This document shows, piece after piece, positions 29,204 to 38,896 of a DNA stretch of 64,000 bases. Both the position numbers and the translations under genes were made by a program. The stretch covers positions 256,001 to 320,000 of the forward strand of contig OY762825.2 in assembly GCA_963666425.2 (NCBI GenBank). Reading direction: 5' to 3'. This DNA is from Bacillota bacterium. Lineage in GTDB: Bacteria; Bacillota; JAAYKD01. The notes below the pieces were generated by a model. The model saw only the letters and a list, made by a program, of their open reading frames with translations, did no database searches and was not told where the DNA came from. The number at the start of each line of letters is the position of its first letter. Within the stretch, counting starts at the first letter, position 1.

Positions 29204-29228
29204 AGGGATTTGCGAGAGGAATGTCGAC
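29204..29228 (+). promoter_or_regulatory. SigH-like promoter pointing away from sigH, antisense to the upstream leader
   Basis: AGGG-N15-GTCGAC, one mismatch to the motif seen at hflX. Confidence 0.35.
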
Positions 29229-29256
29229 AAAAAAGAAAAACCGCTGCAATAGCGGT
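29229..29256 (-). terminator. Intrinsic terminator in the sigH upstream leader
   Basis: ACCGCT-attgc-AGCGGT then TTTTCTTTTTT on the minus strand. Confidence 0.7.
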
Positions 29257-29295
29257 CTCGAAGCGGCGATTTAAAGTTTTTCAGATCATGTCTAT

Positions 29296-29324
29296 AATAT
29301 ACCTGATTTGCTCGCTGAAGTCAA
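29296..29324 (-). promoter_or_regulatory. Distal SigA promoter upstream of sigH
   Basis: TTGACT-17-TATATT. Confidence 0.6.
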
Positions 29325-29432
29325 GGAAGAAAGCAGCGGAAAGTAAGAGTACATCGCTGATTTTTTATGAATTTTCTATTGCAGCCAACTGAAAAAAGAG
29401 AGTCGCAGTTTCTCAAAAGCCAAGCAACAAAC

Positions 29433-29467
29433 AAAAAAGGAAGCGAAGTCTATCGACTCTGCTTCCT
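29433..29467 (-). terminator. tRNA-Pro terminator
   Basis: AGGAAGC...GCTTCCT stem with T-run on the minus strand. Confidence 0.7.
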
Positions 29468-29476
29468 CATAACATC

Positions 29477-29553
29477 TGGTCGGGCTGCCGCGATTCGAAC
29501 GCGGGGCCTCTTGAACCCCATTCAAGCGCGCTACCAAACTGCGCTACAGCCCG
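29477..29553 (-). tRNA. tRNA-Pro(GGG)
   Basis: 77-nt cloverleaf CGGGCTG...CAGCCCG-ACCA, anticodon arm CTTGA-ATGGGGT-TCAAG; upstream TTGCTT-17-TATAAT. Confidence 0.96.
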
Positions 29554-29707
29554 TTGGAAAGAATAACGTTATTATACCGAATCGAAGCGAAAAAAGCAAG
29601 CGCAATTTGCAAAGAGTTTCGTAGGATTTCCCTAGAAAATGCGCGCAGCTGAGCATTTCATTGCCATAATTTAGCAAGATGCTGGTTTTTTGCTCTGGAA
29701 TATTCTA

Positions 29708-31426
29708 TTAGGTCAGGAAACGTTTCCAGTGTTCTGCTCGGTTGATCAGATCCTGCGCCAAATTTTGTGCAGAAGCGTTATCCGGATCTCCTGCCATTAA
29801 GCGTGTCAGTTCCTTTAAAACTTCACCGCTGCTTAAGGTTTTCAAAATGGTATGGGTACGATTCTCTGCTTCTTCTTTTCGGATCAGGATATGCTGATCC
29901 GCCATCGCGGCTACCACCGGCTGGTGGGTCACTAAAAGCAATTGATAATTCTTGGCCAAACGGGCGAGCTTTTCCGCTACTTTTTGCACGGTCTCACCGC
30001 TGATACCGGTATCGATCTCGTCAAAAATCACTAAGGGGATCTCCTCATTCAGCATCACGCAGCGCAGCGCCAGCATGATACGGGACAGCTCTCCTCCGGA
30101 AGCGATTTTCAGCAGGGGCTTGAGCGGCTCACCAAGGTTTGTGGAAATCATGAATTCACAGTGTTCACTGCCATCTGCTGAAAAACGTACTTGCTCACCG
30201 GCTTCGGTTTCACTTGCAAAATCGATAACAAAGCGGCACTTCGGCATCGAGAGATCAGCCAGCTGGGCCATGACGGAAGTACTCAATTGATCAGCCAAGC
30301 GATGACGGGAAAGGTTTAAGTCTCCGGCTAGTCTTGTCAGTTGTCGGAGGTTTGTTTCCAACTCAACACGGTACTCTTCTATTTTCTCCGCGCTGCTGTC
30401 TGCTTCGCTCAAGCGTTGGCGAATTGTTTGCTCATACGCTAAAATATCAGCAACCGAGTTGCTGTATTTACGTTTCAGCTGAGCTATTTGGCTCAAGCGT
30501 TCTTCCGTTGCTTCCAAACGTTGGGGATCATCTTCCAAAGCATTTTTATATTGCTCAATTTCCGTGGCGATTTCCTGCAGCAAATAGAAGCAGGAAGCCA
30601 GCTGTTCACTGCTGTTTTGCAGCGTACGATCCGATTGTAAAATGCTCTCCAGCTCTCGCATGGCAATGCGCAGAGCAGAAATCGCTGCATAACAACCGGG
30701 TTTATCTTCCTGCAGCAGTCCATAGATTTTTTCTAAACCGGCATGATTGCGCTGAACGTGCTGCAACCGTTTTCTTTCCTGGCTGAGGCTCTCCTCTTCC
30801 TCCGGCTGCAGCTTTGCTTTCGCAATTTCATTTTGCTGATAAAGCCAGAGTTCCTTCATCTGTAAACTTTCACGTTCTCCGTTTTGCAGGGTCTGCAGTT
30901 GATGCAGATTGTCCCGCCATTGATGATAAACCTGCCTGTATTGCTGCAGAAGCTGGTGATGCTCATGATTGCCGGATTGATCGAGAAAGATCAAATGATT
31001 CTTCGGATTGAATAATTGCTGATAACCATGCTGACCATTGATTTCAATCAAAAAGTCCGATAACTCCCGCAATATGTTCAAGCTGACCGGCTTACCGTTG
31101 ATGCGAATTTGACCTTTACCTTTGTCATTCAGTTCACGCCAGATGCTGAGAAGCTCGCAGTCTTCCTCCTCCAGATCCTGTTCCCGCAGGATGTCAGCTA
31201 AGCGGCTGCCTTCGCTGACCGTAAAATAACCCGTTACAGTCATTTTTGCCTTGCCGGTGCGTATCGCTCCGGTGTTGCCGCGGGAACCCAGCAGAAAGGC
31301 AATGGCATCAAATAAAATCGATTTGCCAGCCCCAGTCTCTCCGGTAAAAACAGTTAAGCCTTCGGCAAGATCCAGTTCCAGTTCTTCGATGAGAGCAAAG
31401 TTTTGAATGATCAGTTTTTCCAGCAT
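29708..31426 (-). CDS. recN: DNA repair protein RecN
   Basis: TGETGAGKS, ASGGELSR, FDEIDTGISG, VTHQP. Confidence 0.96.
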   Translation of the reverse strand: MLEKLIIQNFALIEELELDLAEGLTVFTGETGAGKSILFDAIAFLLGSRGNTGAIRTGKAKMTVTGYFTVSEGSRLADILREQDLEEEDCELLSIWRELNDKGKGQIRINGKPVSLNILRELSDFLIEINGQHGYQQLFNPKNHLIFLDQSGNHEHHQLLQQYRQVYHQWRDNLHQLQTLQNGERESLQMKELWLYQQNEIAKAKLQPEEEESLSQERKRLQHVQRNHAGLEKIYGLLQEDKPGCYAAISALRIAMRELESILQSDRTLQNSSEQLASCFYLLQEIATEIEQYKNALEDDPQRLEATEERLSQIAQLKRKYSNSVADILAYEQTIRQRLSEADSSAEKIEEYRVELETNLRQLTRLAGDLNLSRHRLADQLSTSVMAQLADLSMPKCRFVIDFASETEAGEQVRFSADGSEHCEFMISTNLGEPLKPLLKIASGGELSRIMLALRCVMLNEEIPLVIFDEIDTGISGETVQKVAEKLARLAKNYQLLLVTHQPVVAAMADQHILIRKEEAENRTHTILKTLSSGEVLKELTRLMAGDPDNASAQNLAQDLINRAEHWKRFLT

Positions 31427-31429
31427 TTT

Positions 31430-31888
31430 TTACTCCATGATTTCATATAAACGCGCGATAAAAGGTTCAATATGTCCCGGTAAGCGCAGAATCACCAGAA
31501 TAGTATCGTCGCCGGCCAATGTCCCTACCACGTTTTCCCAGCCCATAGCGTCAAAAAGGGCTGCGATGCTGTGGGCATTGCCCGGCATCGTTCTCAGTAT
31601 AATCATATTGCCGGCGTAATCGATGGAAACCAGGTTATCCAGCAGCGCTCGTTTCACCTTCTCCAGAGAGGGTGTAATCTGACCGACTACACCCGGTAAG
31701 GCATAGCGGGAGCGTCCGTTATCCATCGTAACCTTTAATAAACCGAGTTCTTTGATATCCCGGCTGACCGTAGCCTGTGTTACGACCATCCCATGTTTTT
31801 CACGCAGCAGTTCAACCAGTTCCTCCTGAGTCTCAACAGAACTGGTTTTAATTAATTGCCTGATCAGTGTGAGTCGTTTTCCTTTCAT
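31430..31888 (-). CDS. argR: Arginine repressor
   Basis: TQEELV, TQATVSRDIKEL, GTLAGDDT; GGAGG RBS. Confidence 0.96.
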   Translation of the reverse strand: MKGKRLTLIRQLIKTSSVETQEELVELLREKHGMVVTQATVSRDIKELGLLKVTMDNGRSRYALPGVVGQITPSLEKVKRALLDNLVSIDYAGNMIILRTMPGNAHSIAALFDAMGWENVVGTLAGDDTILVILRLPGHIEPFIARLYEIME

Positions 31889-31903
31889 CGAAGCCACCTC
31901 CAT

Positions 31904-33787
31904 TTATTCTTGCTCAATTTGAAAGAATTCTTTGAAACACAGAGTTAAACTGTCTGCATCCAATTCTAAGGATTGATACAGCTGCTCGGCGGTGCCCTGT
32001 TGGATAAAGCGATCCGGGACACCAAAGAGTCTGCATTTTGGGTATATTTGATTTGCCTGACAGAATTCCAGGATTGCCGAACCAAAACCACCGCAGGTTG
32101 TGTTTTCTTCTACAACAGCAATTTCTGCCGCTGTTGAAAGCAAGGCTAAGAGCGGTTCTGTCGGCAGTGGTTTGACTATGCGCAGATTGATTAAGCCGAT
32201 CTCCTGATCATTTTCTTGTTTTAAACGCTTTAAAGCAGCTTCAGCTGCAAAGGTGACCGGTCCGCAGGCGATAACCCATTTCTTCTCTGCGGGGATGAGA
32301 ACCTGCGGCAGAGCGATTTCTGTCGGCTTTAAAGCACGCTCCTCTTTTGTTTCATTTTCAAAAGCGCCTTTCGGAAAGCGCAGAGCGACAGGTGCATTCA
32401 GCTGCAAAGCGTAGCGCAGCATTGCAGTAAGATCGGAAGGTTTGAGGGCAACCAACAGCGTCATATTGGGGATCAGACGCAGATAGGATAAATCAAAGAC
32501 ACCATGATGGGTCTCGCCATCCTCCCCCACCAAACCGGCGCGGTCCAATACCAGTATAACAGGCAGATTCTGCATGGCAACATCCTCGATGATTTGATCG
32601 AAAGCGCGCTGCAAAAAAGTGGAATAGATGGCGACAATCGGCTTTAATCCCTGCACAGCCATACCGGCAGCAAAAGTAACGGCATGCTGTTCCGCAATCG
32701 CAACATCAAAAAAGCGAGCAGGATAGCGTTCGGCAAAGGCGCTCAAACCGGTTCCATCCGGCATCGCTGCAGTAATTGCCACCACACTGGCATCTTCTTC
32801 CGCAATTTCCAGCAGACTCTGGCTGAAAGCATCAGTAAATCCAAGCTTGGCAGGCAGAGTACTCTTGCCGCTGGCAAGATCGAAGGGACCGGTGCCATGG
32901 AAACGCCGCGGTGATTTTTCTGCCGGCGGGTAACCTTTGCCTTTGGTTGTAATCACATGCAGTAAAACAGGCGACTCCGAACGTTTGGCTAATTCCAACG
33001 CTTCCAGCAGCTGACCGATGTGGTGACCGTTGACCGGCCCCAGATAAGTAAATCCCATTTCCTCAAACAGCATACCGGGAACAAAAAATTGTTTGACCGA
33101 TTCCTTGACACGATCGATCAAATCAATCGCCGGTTGTCCAATCGCAGGAATCCGTTCCAGAATGCGTTTGGCATCATCCTTCGTACGGTAATAACGCGGT
33201 GCAGTTCGAATATTGTTAAGATATTCCGATAAAGCACCCACATTTTGCGCAATTGACATTTCATTATCGTTCAGAATCACGATCAGCTTCGTATGATTTC
33301 TGCCGGCGTGATTCATTGCTTCCCAGGCCATACCGCCGGTCATGGAGCCGTCACCGATCACAGCTACCACCTGAAAGTCTTTTTTTTGTACATCACGAGC
33401 CAAGGCGATTCCCAAGGCGGCTGAAATTGAAGTGGAACTGTGTCCGGCGTTGAAGATGTCATGTACGCTCTCTGAACGTTTAGGAAAACCGCTGAGACCG
33501 CCGAATTGCCGCAGGGTGGGAAAGTCAGCATAGCGCCCGGTCAGCAGCTTATGGATATAGCTTTGATGCCCAACATCCCACACGATTTTATCGGACGGCG
33601 ATTGGAAAGCTTTATGCAGCGCAATCGTCAGCTCGACGACACCCAAATTGGAAGCCAGATGACCGCCTGTTTTACTGACGGTTTCTAAAAGATAGTTTCT
33701 GATTTCAACTGCCAGCAGAGTCAGATCGCTTGTGCTGAGCATTTTCATTTTTTTAGGAGAGATAGTGGGCAGCAGTTTATAATTCAT
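31904..33787 (-). CDS. dxs: 1-deoxy-D-xylulose-5-phosphate synthase
   Basis: GGHLASNLGVVEL, DVGHQ, GHSSTSIS, GDG..GGMAWE, AIAEQHA, YSTFLQR. Confidence 0.97.
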   Translation of the reverse strand: MNYKLLPTISPKKMKMLSTSDLTLLAVEIRNYLLETVSKTGGHLASNLGVVELTIALHKAFQSPSDKIVWDVGHQSYIHKLLTGRYADFPTLRQFGGLSGFPKRSESVHDIFNAGHSSTSISAALGIALARDVQKKDFQVVAVIGDGSMTGGMAWEAMNHAGRNHTKLIVILNDNEMSIAQNVGALSEYLNNIRTAPRYYRTKDDAKRILERIPAIGQPAIDLIDRVKESVKQFFVPGMLFEEMGFTYLGPVNGHHIGQLLEALELAKRSESPVLLHVITTKGKGYPPAEKSPRRFHGTGPFDLASGKSTLPAKLGFTDAFSQSLLEIAEEDASVVAITAAMPDGTGLSAFAERYPARFFDVAIAEQHAVTFAAGMAVQGLKPIVAIYSTFLQRAFDQIIEDVAMQNLPVILVLDRAGLVGEDGETHHGVFDLSYLRLIPNMTLLVALKPSDLTAMLRYALQLNAPVALRFPKGAFENETKEERALKPTEIALPQVLIPAEKKWVIACGPVTFAAEAALKRLKQENDQEIGLINLRIVKPLPTEPLLALLSTAAEIAVVEENTTCGGFGSAILEFCQANQIYPKCRLFGVPDRFIQQGTAEQLYQSLELDADSLTLCFKEFFQIEQE

Positions 33788-33797
33788 AGTTGTGACC

Positions 33798-34238
33798 TCA
33801 TACCGAAAATCCAATGATGATTCCCAAAAGTCCGCCGGCAAGAACTTCAATTGGCGTGTGACCAAGAATTTCTTTCAATTGCTTGATCTGCAGCTCCTTC
33901 AAATCCGGGATCGTATAGAGAATGGAATTAAGAAGTTTCGCCTGATCACCGGCGGCACGCCGCACACCGGAAGCATCGTACATCACAATAATCGAGAACA
34001 CGGTGGAGACAGCAAAAAGCACGCTGTCGACCCCTTGATATCGTCCGATTGCGGTTGTTAAAGCAACGACCGCCGCTGTATGAGAACTCGGCATACCGCC
34101 GGATTTGGAAGCTAACCGCCAATTCCAATGGTGATCCAATAAAAAATAGACAAAAACTTTTAAAACTTGAGCCAGGACACTTCCGATTAAAGCAGCGACG
34201 ATATAACGATTTGATAACAGCTGATTCCAAACGTTCAT
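33798..34238 (-). CDS. Divergent PAP2 family protein (DUF212)
   Basis: AQVLK, SGGMPSSH, VMYDASGVRR, LGHTPIEV. Confidence 0.9.
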   Translation of the reverse strand: MNVWNQLLSNRYIVAALIGSVLAQVLKVFVYFLLDHHWNWRLASKSGGMPSSHTAAVVALTTAIGRYQGVDSVLFAVSTVFSIIVMYDASGVRRAAGDQAKLLNSILYTIPDLKELQIKQLKEILGHTPIEVLAGGLLGIIIGFSV

Positions 34239-34264
34239 TTCATTCACCACATATTTTCATAAAA

Positions 34265-35149
34265 TTATGACTGCCTTTGGTGCAGCCAATCAAATAACAG
34301 CAAAAGCGGCTCTCGCCTGACAGGCAGCGCCTGCAGCAGCAACAGCAGCTTCTCATATTCTTTTTCATACAGGCTTTGCGCCTGAGGCAAACCAAAACAG
34401 CTGACATAAGTCAATTTACCGTTTTTCAGATCACTGCCAATCGGCTTACCTAAGAGAGCTTCCTCCCCGATTACATCCAAAATATCGTCCTGAATTTGAA
34501 AAAATAAGCCAAAATGAACGCCTAACTCCTGCCATTGCTTTTCCTCTGCCGTATCGACCTGTGCCAGGATAGCCCCGATCAGGAAAGCTGTCTTCAACAA
34601 AGCGCCGGTTTTTAATTCATGCATCCGGCGCAGATCTGCCGCTTGTTTGGCAGTGGAAGATTGAATATCCAAAACTTGGCCGCCGATCATGCCATATCGA
34701 CCGGCCGAGCTGGCAAAAAGCTGTACCAAGCGTAAGGCAACCGCAGCATCATAGGCATTCTGCTGCACGCCAAGCGCTAAAATCTGAAATGCTTCGGTTA
34801 AAAGCCCATCTCCGGCCAGTAAAGCCAGCGCTTCGCCGTAGACCTTGTGATTGGTTGGTTTGCCCCGGCGCAGATCGTCGTTGTCCATACAGGGCAAATC
34901 ATCATGAATTAAAGAGTACGTATGAATGCATTCCAAAGCACAGGCTGGGTAGATCGCCCGATGCCAATCAGTACCATACGTATCGAGCACCAAAAGAGGA
35001 ATCAATGCCCGCAGACGTTTGCCGCCCGAGAGCAGACTGTAGGACATAGCCGAATCGATGGACTGCAGATCTGTCGGTGTGTTTTGAAAAAACCGCTGCA
35101 ATTCCAATTCAATCTCTGCCAGCATTGTTTCAAACTGTTTGGGGATCAT
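34265..35149 (-). CDS. ispA: Farnesyl diphosphate synthase / polyprenyl synthetase
   Basis: [33 protein letters not shown]. Confidence 0.93.
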   Translation of the reverse strand: MIPKQFETMLAEIELELQRFFQNTPTDLQSIDSAMSYSLLSGGKRLRALIPLLVLDTYGTDWHRAIYPACALECIHTYSLIHDDLPCMDNDDLRRGKPTNHKVYGEALALLAGDGLLTEAFQILALGVQQNAYDAAVALRLVQLFASSAGRYGMIGGQVLDIQSSTAKQAADLRRMHELKTGALLKTAFLIGAILAQVDTAEEKQWQELGVHFGLFFQIQDDILDVIGEEALLGKPIGSDLKNGKLTYVSCFGLPQAQSLYEKEYEKLLLLLQALPVRREPLLLLFDWLHQRQS

Positions 35150-35393
35150 AATTCTCACCTGTTAAGGGAAAGGGCTGCAGAACCACTTCTCCCTGTTCAT
35201 TCACTGTGACTTTCTCGATTTTCTGTTGTGCCAAATTCAGATCATTTTGACAAAAGCGGGACAATTTCACCCCTTCTTCAAAACATTTCATCGCTTCTTC
35301 CAAAGAAAGGTTGCCGGCTTCCAATTGGCGGACAATATTTTCCAATTGCTGCAATGCTTCCTCAAAAGTCAGTTGTTCCTTTTTCTTTGTCAT
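35130..35393 (-). CDS. xseB: Exodeoxyribonuclease VII small subunit
   Basis: [23 protein letters not shown]; synteny with xseA. Confidence 0.95.
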   Translation of the reverse strand: MTKKKEQLTFEEALQQLENIVRQLEAGNLSLEEAMKCFEEGVKLSRFCQNDLNLAQQKIEKVTVNEQGEVVLQPFPLTGENYDPQTV

Positions 35394-36621
35394 GCTTGCC
35401 ACCTCCCGTCAATTGATCATCCATTTCTAAAATTCGTGCGACAGCGCTGCCGTCGGAAAAATGAATTATAATCTCATCACCTAAAACAATTTGCACCAGA
35501 GAAGAAATCACTTCCCTGCTCACTGTATTCTGACACATGGTATAACCGCGTGAGAGAATGCGTAAGGGACTCAAGGTATCCAGTTTTCCGTTCAACATGG
35601 CGAAGAGAGAATTTTTTTGAGCCAGAAAAATCGTCATCGCATGCTGTAAGCGTTGGCTGGGGTCATGCAAGGCATCTTGTTTTCGGCGTAACCAACTGAG
35701 AAAAAGCTCCGGTTCCAGTTTATTCTGATAAAACAGCAGCTTTTCTTGCTTTTGTCTGAGGACATTGGTGGCAACAGATTGCAAACGCACTTGGAAGTCC
35801 GCGACTTCGTCTCTTAAGTCAGCCAATTCCGGTACGACTAATTCAGCCGCTGCCGAAGGAGTGGGGGCGCGCAAATCAGCGGCAAAATCTGCCATGGTAA
35901 AATCCGTTTCATGTCCGACTGCGGAAACAATGGGAATTTGTGATGCCGCAATGGCACGTGCCACCACTTCCTCATTGAAAGCCCACAATTCCTCAAGAGA
36001 ACCGCCGCCGCGTCCGACAATCAAGACATCGGCTAATTGCCGGCGATTAAAAAGCTGGATGGCTGCCGCGATTTGTTCTGCCGCACCAGGTCCCTGCACC
36101 AAAACCGGCGCCAATAAAATAGCGACACCGGGGCAGCGTCTGGTAATCACGTTGACAACGTCGCGAAAAGCGGCGCCGGTTGGAGACGTAACAACACCGA
36201 CTCGTTTTGGTAAGAAAGGCAATGATTTTTTTCGGTCCGCGTCAAATAAACCTTCCGCAGCCAGCCGCTGTTTCATTTGTTCCAAAGCCAGCGCCAGGGA
36301 ACCCATCCCCAACGGTTCCATCTGTGTGGCGTAAAGCTGATATTGACCGTCTCTTTCATACAGCGAAACAGACCCGCGCAGCAGAACTTTCATGGCGTTA
36401 TCCGGTCGAAAGCGAAGCATCCGTGCTTTGGTACTGAACATCACGCAGCGGATGCTGGATTGAGCGTCTTTCAATGAAAAATAAAGATGTCCGGAATTCT
36501 GTAATTTGAAATTGGAAATCTCGCCTTCCACCCAAATATCTTTTAGAATCGGAACTTCATCGAGCAAAGATTTCACAAATTGATTCAGCTGTGAAACAGT
36601 TAGGTGCTCCCTTGCTTCCAT
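35362..36621 (-). CDS. xseA: Exodeoxyribonuclease VII large subunit
   Basis: [40 protein letters not shown]. Confidence 0.97.
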   Translation of the reverse strand: MEAREHLTVSQLNQFVKSLLDEVPILKDIWVEGEISNFKLQNSGHLYFSLKDAQSSIRCVMFSTKARMLRFRPDNAMKVLLRGSVSLYERDGQYQLYATQMEPLGMGSLALALEQMKQRLAAEGLFDADRKKSLPFLPKRVGVVTSPTGAAFRDVVNVITRRCPGVAILLAPVLVQGPGAAEQIAAAIQLFNRRQLADVLIVGRGGGSLEELWAFNEEVVARAIAASQIPIVSAVGHETDFTMADFAADLRAPTPSAAAELVVPELADLRDEVADFQVRLQSVATNVLRQKQEKLLFYQNKLEPELFLSWLRRKQDALHDPSQRLQHAMTIFLAQKNSLFAMLNGKLDTLSPLRILSRGYTMCQNTVSREVISSLVQIVLGDEIIIHFSDGSAVARILEMDDQLTGGGKHDKEKGTTDF

Positions 36622-36634
36622 GCCATTCTCCTTC

Positions 36635-37600
36635 CTATTCCTGCAAGCAGCCGTTTGAAAATGCTTCAGCCGCTAAAAAAGCGATACCGACCGCATTATC
36701 ACTGCTCAATTCCGGTGAGGCAAAATAGAGATGCGCACCGACAGCAGGATGCTCCAGTTTATGCCGCAGCCGGTCGCGCAGATAACGATTCGCCGTGACA
36801 CCGCCAACCAACAGGACATTCTTAATTTTTTCTGTTTCTATAACGCTGCGGATCATTTTTTCAAGAGAATTCACCACACAGTTTTCTATGGCGCGGGCGA
36901 CTTCGGCAGGCGCTGCTGCAGACTGCAGCAAGCGCAGCGCTTGGTTTTCCGCACCGGAAAAGCTGAGTTTTCCCTGGTGATAAGCAGCTGGAATGGTACT
37001 CAGGTTTTGCTGGGAGGTTTGTGCCAGTTGCTCCAAAGCAGGTCCGGCCGGGAATGGGAGACCCATAGCCACCCCGATCCGATCAATCAATTGTCCGGCG
37101 CTGATATCGGAGGTTGCCGCCAGGATAGTTTCGCTGAAGTGGTTCTCCTTTTTCTGCACCAACAGCAGTTCGGTCGTCCCCCCAGAAAGATGCACCGCCA
37201 GAAATTGTGACAGTTCGGGTTCGCCGGCACTGTATAAACCGGCTTTGATATGCCCTTCCTGATGACTGTAAGTAAAGAGGGGTACCTTCAGCATCTGACT
37301 CAAGACAGCGGCAAATTGATGGCCCACCAAAAAGACAGGCATATAGGAATCGGGCAGCGAGCGAGGTTTGTTACTGACACCAATGGCAACTGGCGGATAA
37401 TCCGGCCTTTTTAACTGCGCAAACAGCTGATTGATACCACGTAAATGAGCAAAGACCGCTTCAGATTGCCGCAATCCACGATCTCCCAGAGCAACGGGAA
37501 GCAATTGCCTTTGCTGCTGCAGCAGTTGATGATCCAAAGTAACAGCCGCCAAAGAAGTGGTATAGTTGCTGGTATCAATACCCAAAACCCATTCATTCAT
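36635..37600 (-). CDS. TsaD/Kae1-like (peptidase M22 fold) paralog of unknown function
   Basis: LGIDTSNYTTS, HQEGH metal motif, HLSGGTTE, GQLIDR, GGV.AN, DNAVGIA. Confidence 0.85.
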   Translation of the reverse strand: MNEWVLGIDTSNYTTSLAAVTLDHQLLQQQRQLLPVALGDRGLRQSEAVFAHLRGINQLFAQLKRPDYPPVAIGVSNKPRSLPDSYMPVFLVGHQFAAVLSQMLKVPLFTYSHQEGHIKAGLYSAGEPELSQFLAVHLSGGTTELLLVQKKENHFSETILAATSDISAGQLIDRIGVAMGLPFPAGPALEQLAQTSQQNLSTIPAAYHQGKLSFSGAENQALRLLQSAAAPAEVARAIENCVVNSLEKMIRSVIETEKIKNVLLVGGVTANRYLRDRLRHKLEHPAVGAHLYFASPELSSDNAVGIAFLAAEAFSNGCLQE

Positions 37601-38051
37601 TTTCTGTTCCGTCCGGTTTTATTTCTTCCCCAGGCTTGTTTTGCAATACTTTCATATGCTGAATGACATTGCCTAAAATACCGTTAATGAAACGGGAAGC
37701 ATCCTGCGTACTGTAAATTTTAGTAATTTCAATCGCTTCGTTCACCGTCACACCAACCGGCACGTCATCCATAAACATCAGTTCAAACAAAGCAAAGCGC
37801 AAAATGGAACGCTCCAGTTTCGCGATCCGCTCCATTTTCCAATCTACCGCAAACTCATTTAAGGTGGCATCCAATTGAGATTGGTGAGAAATCACACCGT
37901 CAATCAGCTGTTGGGCGAAGATCATGTCGTTCTCGGTCAGGTCAGCCGCATCTTCTAAGGCCAATGGTAAAGCATCTTTCGGCGAAATATCATGAAATTC
38001 CCTTTGAAACAAGGTCTTCACTGCTGTTTCACGGGCAACACGTCTGGACAT
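37593..38051 (-). CDS. nusB: Transcription antitermination factor NusB
   Basis: SRRVARE, WKMERI, ILR, NEAIE, FINGIL. Confidence 0.95.
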   Translation of the reverse strand: MSRRVARETAVKTLFQREFHDISPKDALPLALEDAADLTENDMIFAQQLIDGVISHQSQLDATLNEFAVDWKMERIAKLERSILRFALFELMFMDDVPVGVTVNEAIEITKIYSTQDASRFINGILGNVIQHMKVLQNKPGEEIKPDGTENE

Positions 38052-38115
38052 AAAACACTCTCCTTAAACGTCGCCACACCAGGATTTTCATGGTTGCAGC
38101 GGTCATTAATAATTT

Positions 38116-38144
38116 ATTATAGCAAATTCCATTTTGGAAAGCAA
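38116..38144 (-). promoter_or_regulatory. SigA promoter of the nusB operon
   Basis: TTGCTT-17-TATAAT, extended -10. Confidence 0.65.
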
Positions 38145-38252
38145 CTGAATCCAACTCGATTTTTCAAATATCTTCTTAATATGCATAAAGATACAGGTTA
38201 TTCAAACAGACAAATCACTGATAGACTGCGGTTTTCAGATTGATTTCGACAG

Positions 38253-38283
38253 AAAAACGGTCATCGCTGCAAACGATGACCGT
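38253..38283 (-). terminator. efp terminator
   Basis: ACGGTCATCG...CGATGACCGT with T-run on the minus strand. Confidence 0.75.
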
Positions 38284-38306
38284 CAGTTTCAATAAAACAG
38301 TTGCTG

Positions 38307-38864
38307 CTAAACTCTGGAAAGATAATCGCCGGTGCGGGTATCAATGCGGATCTTATCCCCCTCGTTGATAAAGAAGGGTACCTTCACCGCAGCGCCGGTT
38401 TCCAATTTGGCTGGCTTGGTACCGCCGGTGGCAGTATCGCCTTTGACACCGGGTTCACATTCAGCAATCTTCAGCTCGACAAAATTCGGCATTTCCACAC
38501 CGATGACTGTCTCGTCGAAAATCTGAATCATCAAATTCATATTTTCGATCAGATATTTGATGCCATCACCAATTTGCTCCGCAGTCAATTCCATCTGTTC
38601 GTAAGTGGTAGTATCCATAAAGGTATAAAAATCACCGGAAGCATAGAGATACTGCATTTCATGCGTATCAATTCTGGCTTTGTTCAATTTTTCTCCGGCA
38701 TTAAACGTCTTTTCCTGCACGGCACCCGTTTTAACGTTTTTCATTTTGGTCCGCACAAAGGCAGCACCTTTGCCTGGTTTTACATGCTGGAACTCCACAA
38801 CAGACCATACATTGCCATCAATTTCTACGGTAACACCATTTCTTAAATCGTTTGTACTTATCAT
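38307..38864 (-). CDS. efp: Elongation factor P
   Basis: [29 protein letters not shown]. Confidence 0.98.
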   Translation of the reverse strand: MISTNDLRNGVTVEIDGNVWSVVEFQHVKPGKGAAFVRTKMKNVKTGAVQEKTFNAGEKLNKARIDTHEMQYLYASGDFYTFMDTTTYEQMELTAEQIGDGIKYLIENMNLMIQIFDETVIGVEMPNFVELKIAECEPGVKGDTATGGTKPAKLETGAAVKVPFFINEGDKIRIDTRTGDYLSRV

Positions 38865-38896
38865 TGGCTTCTCCTCCGCATCATAATTTATTTTTA

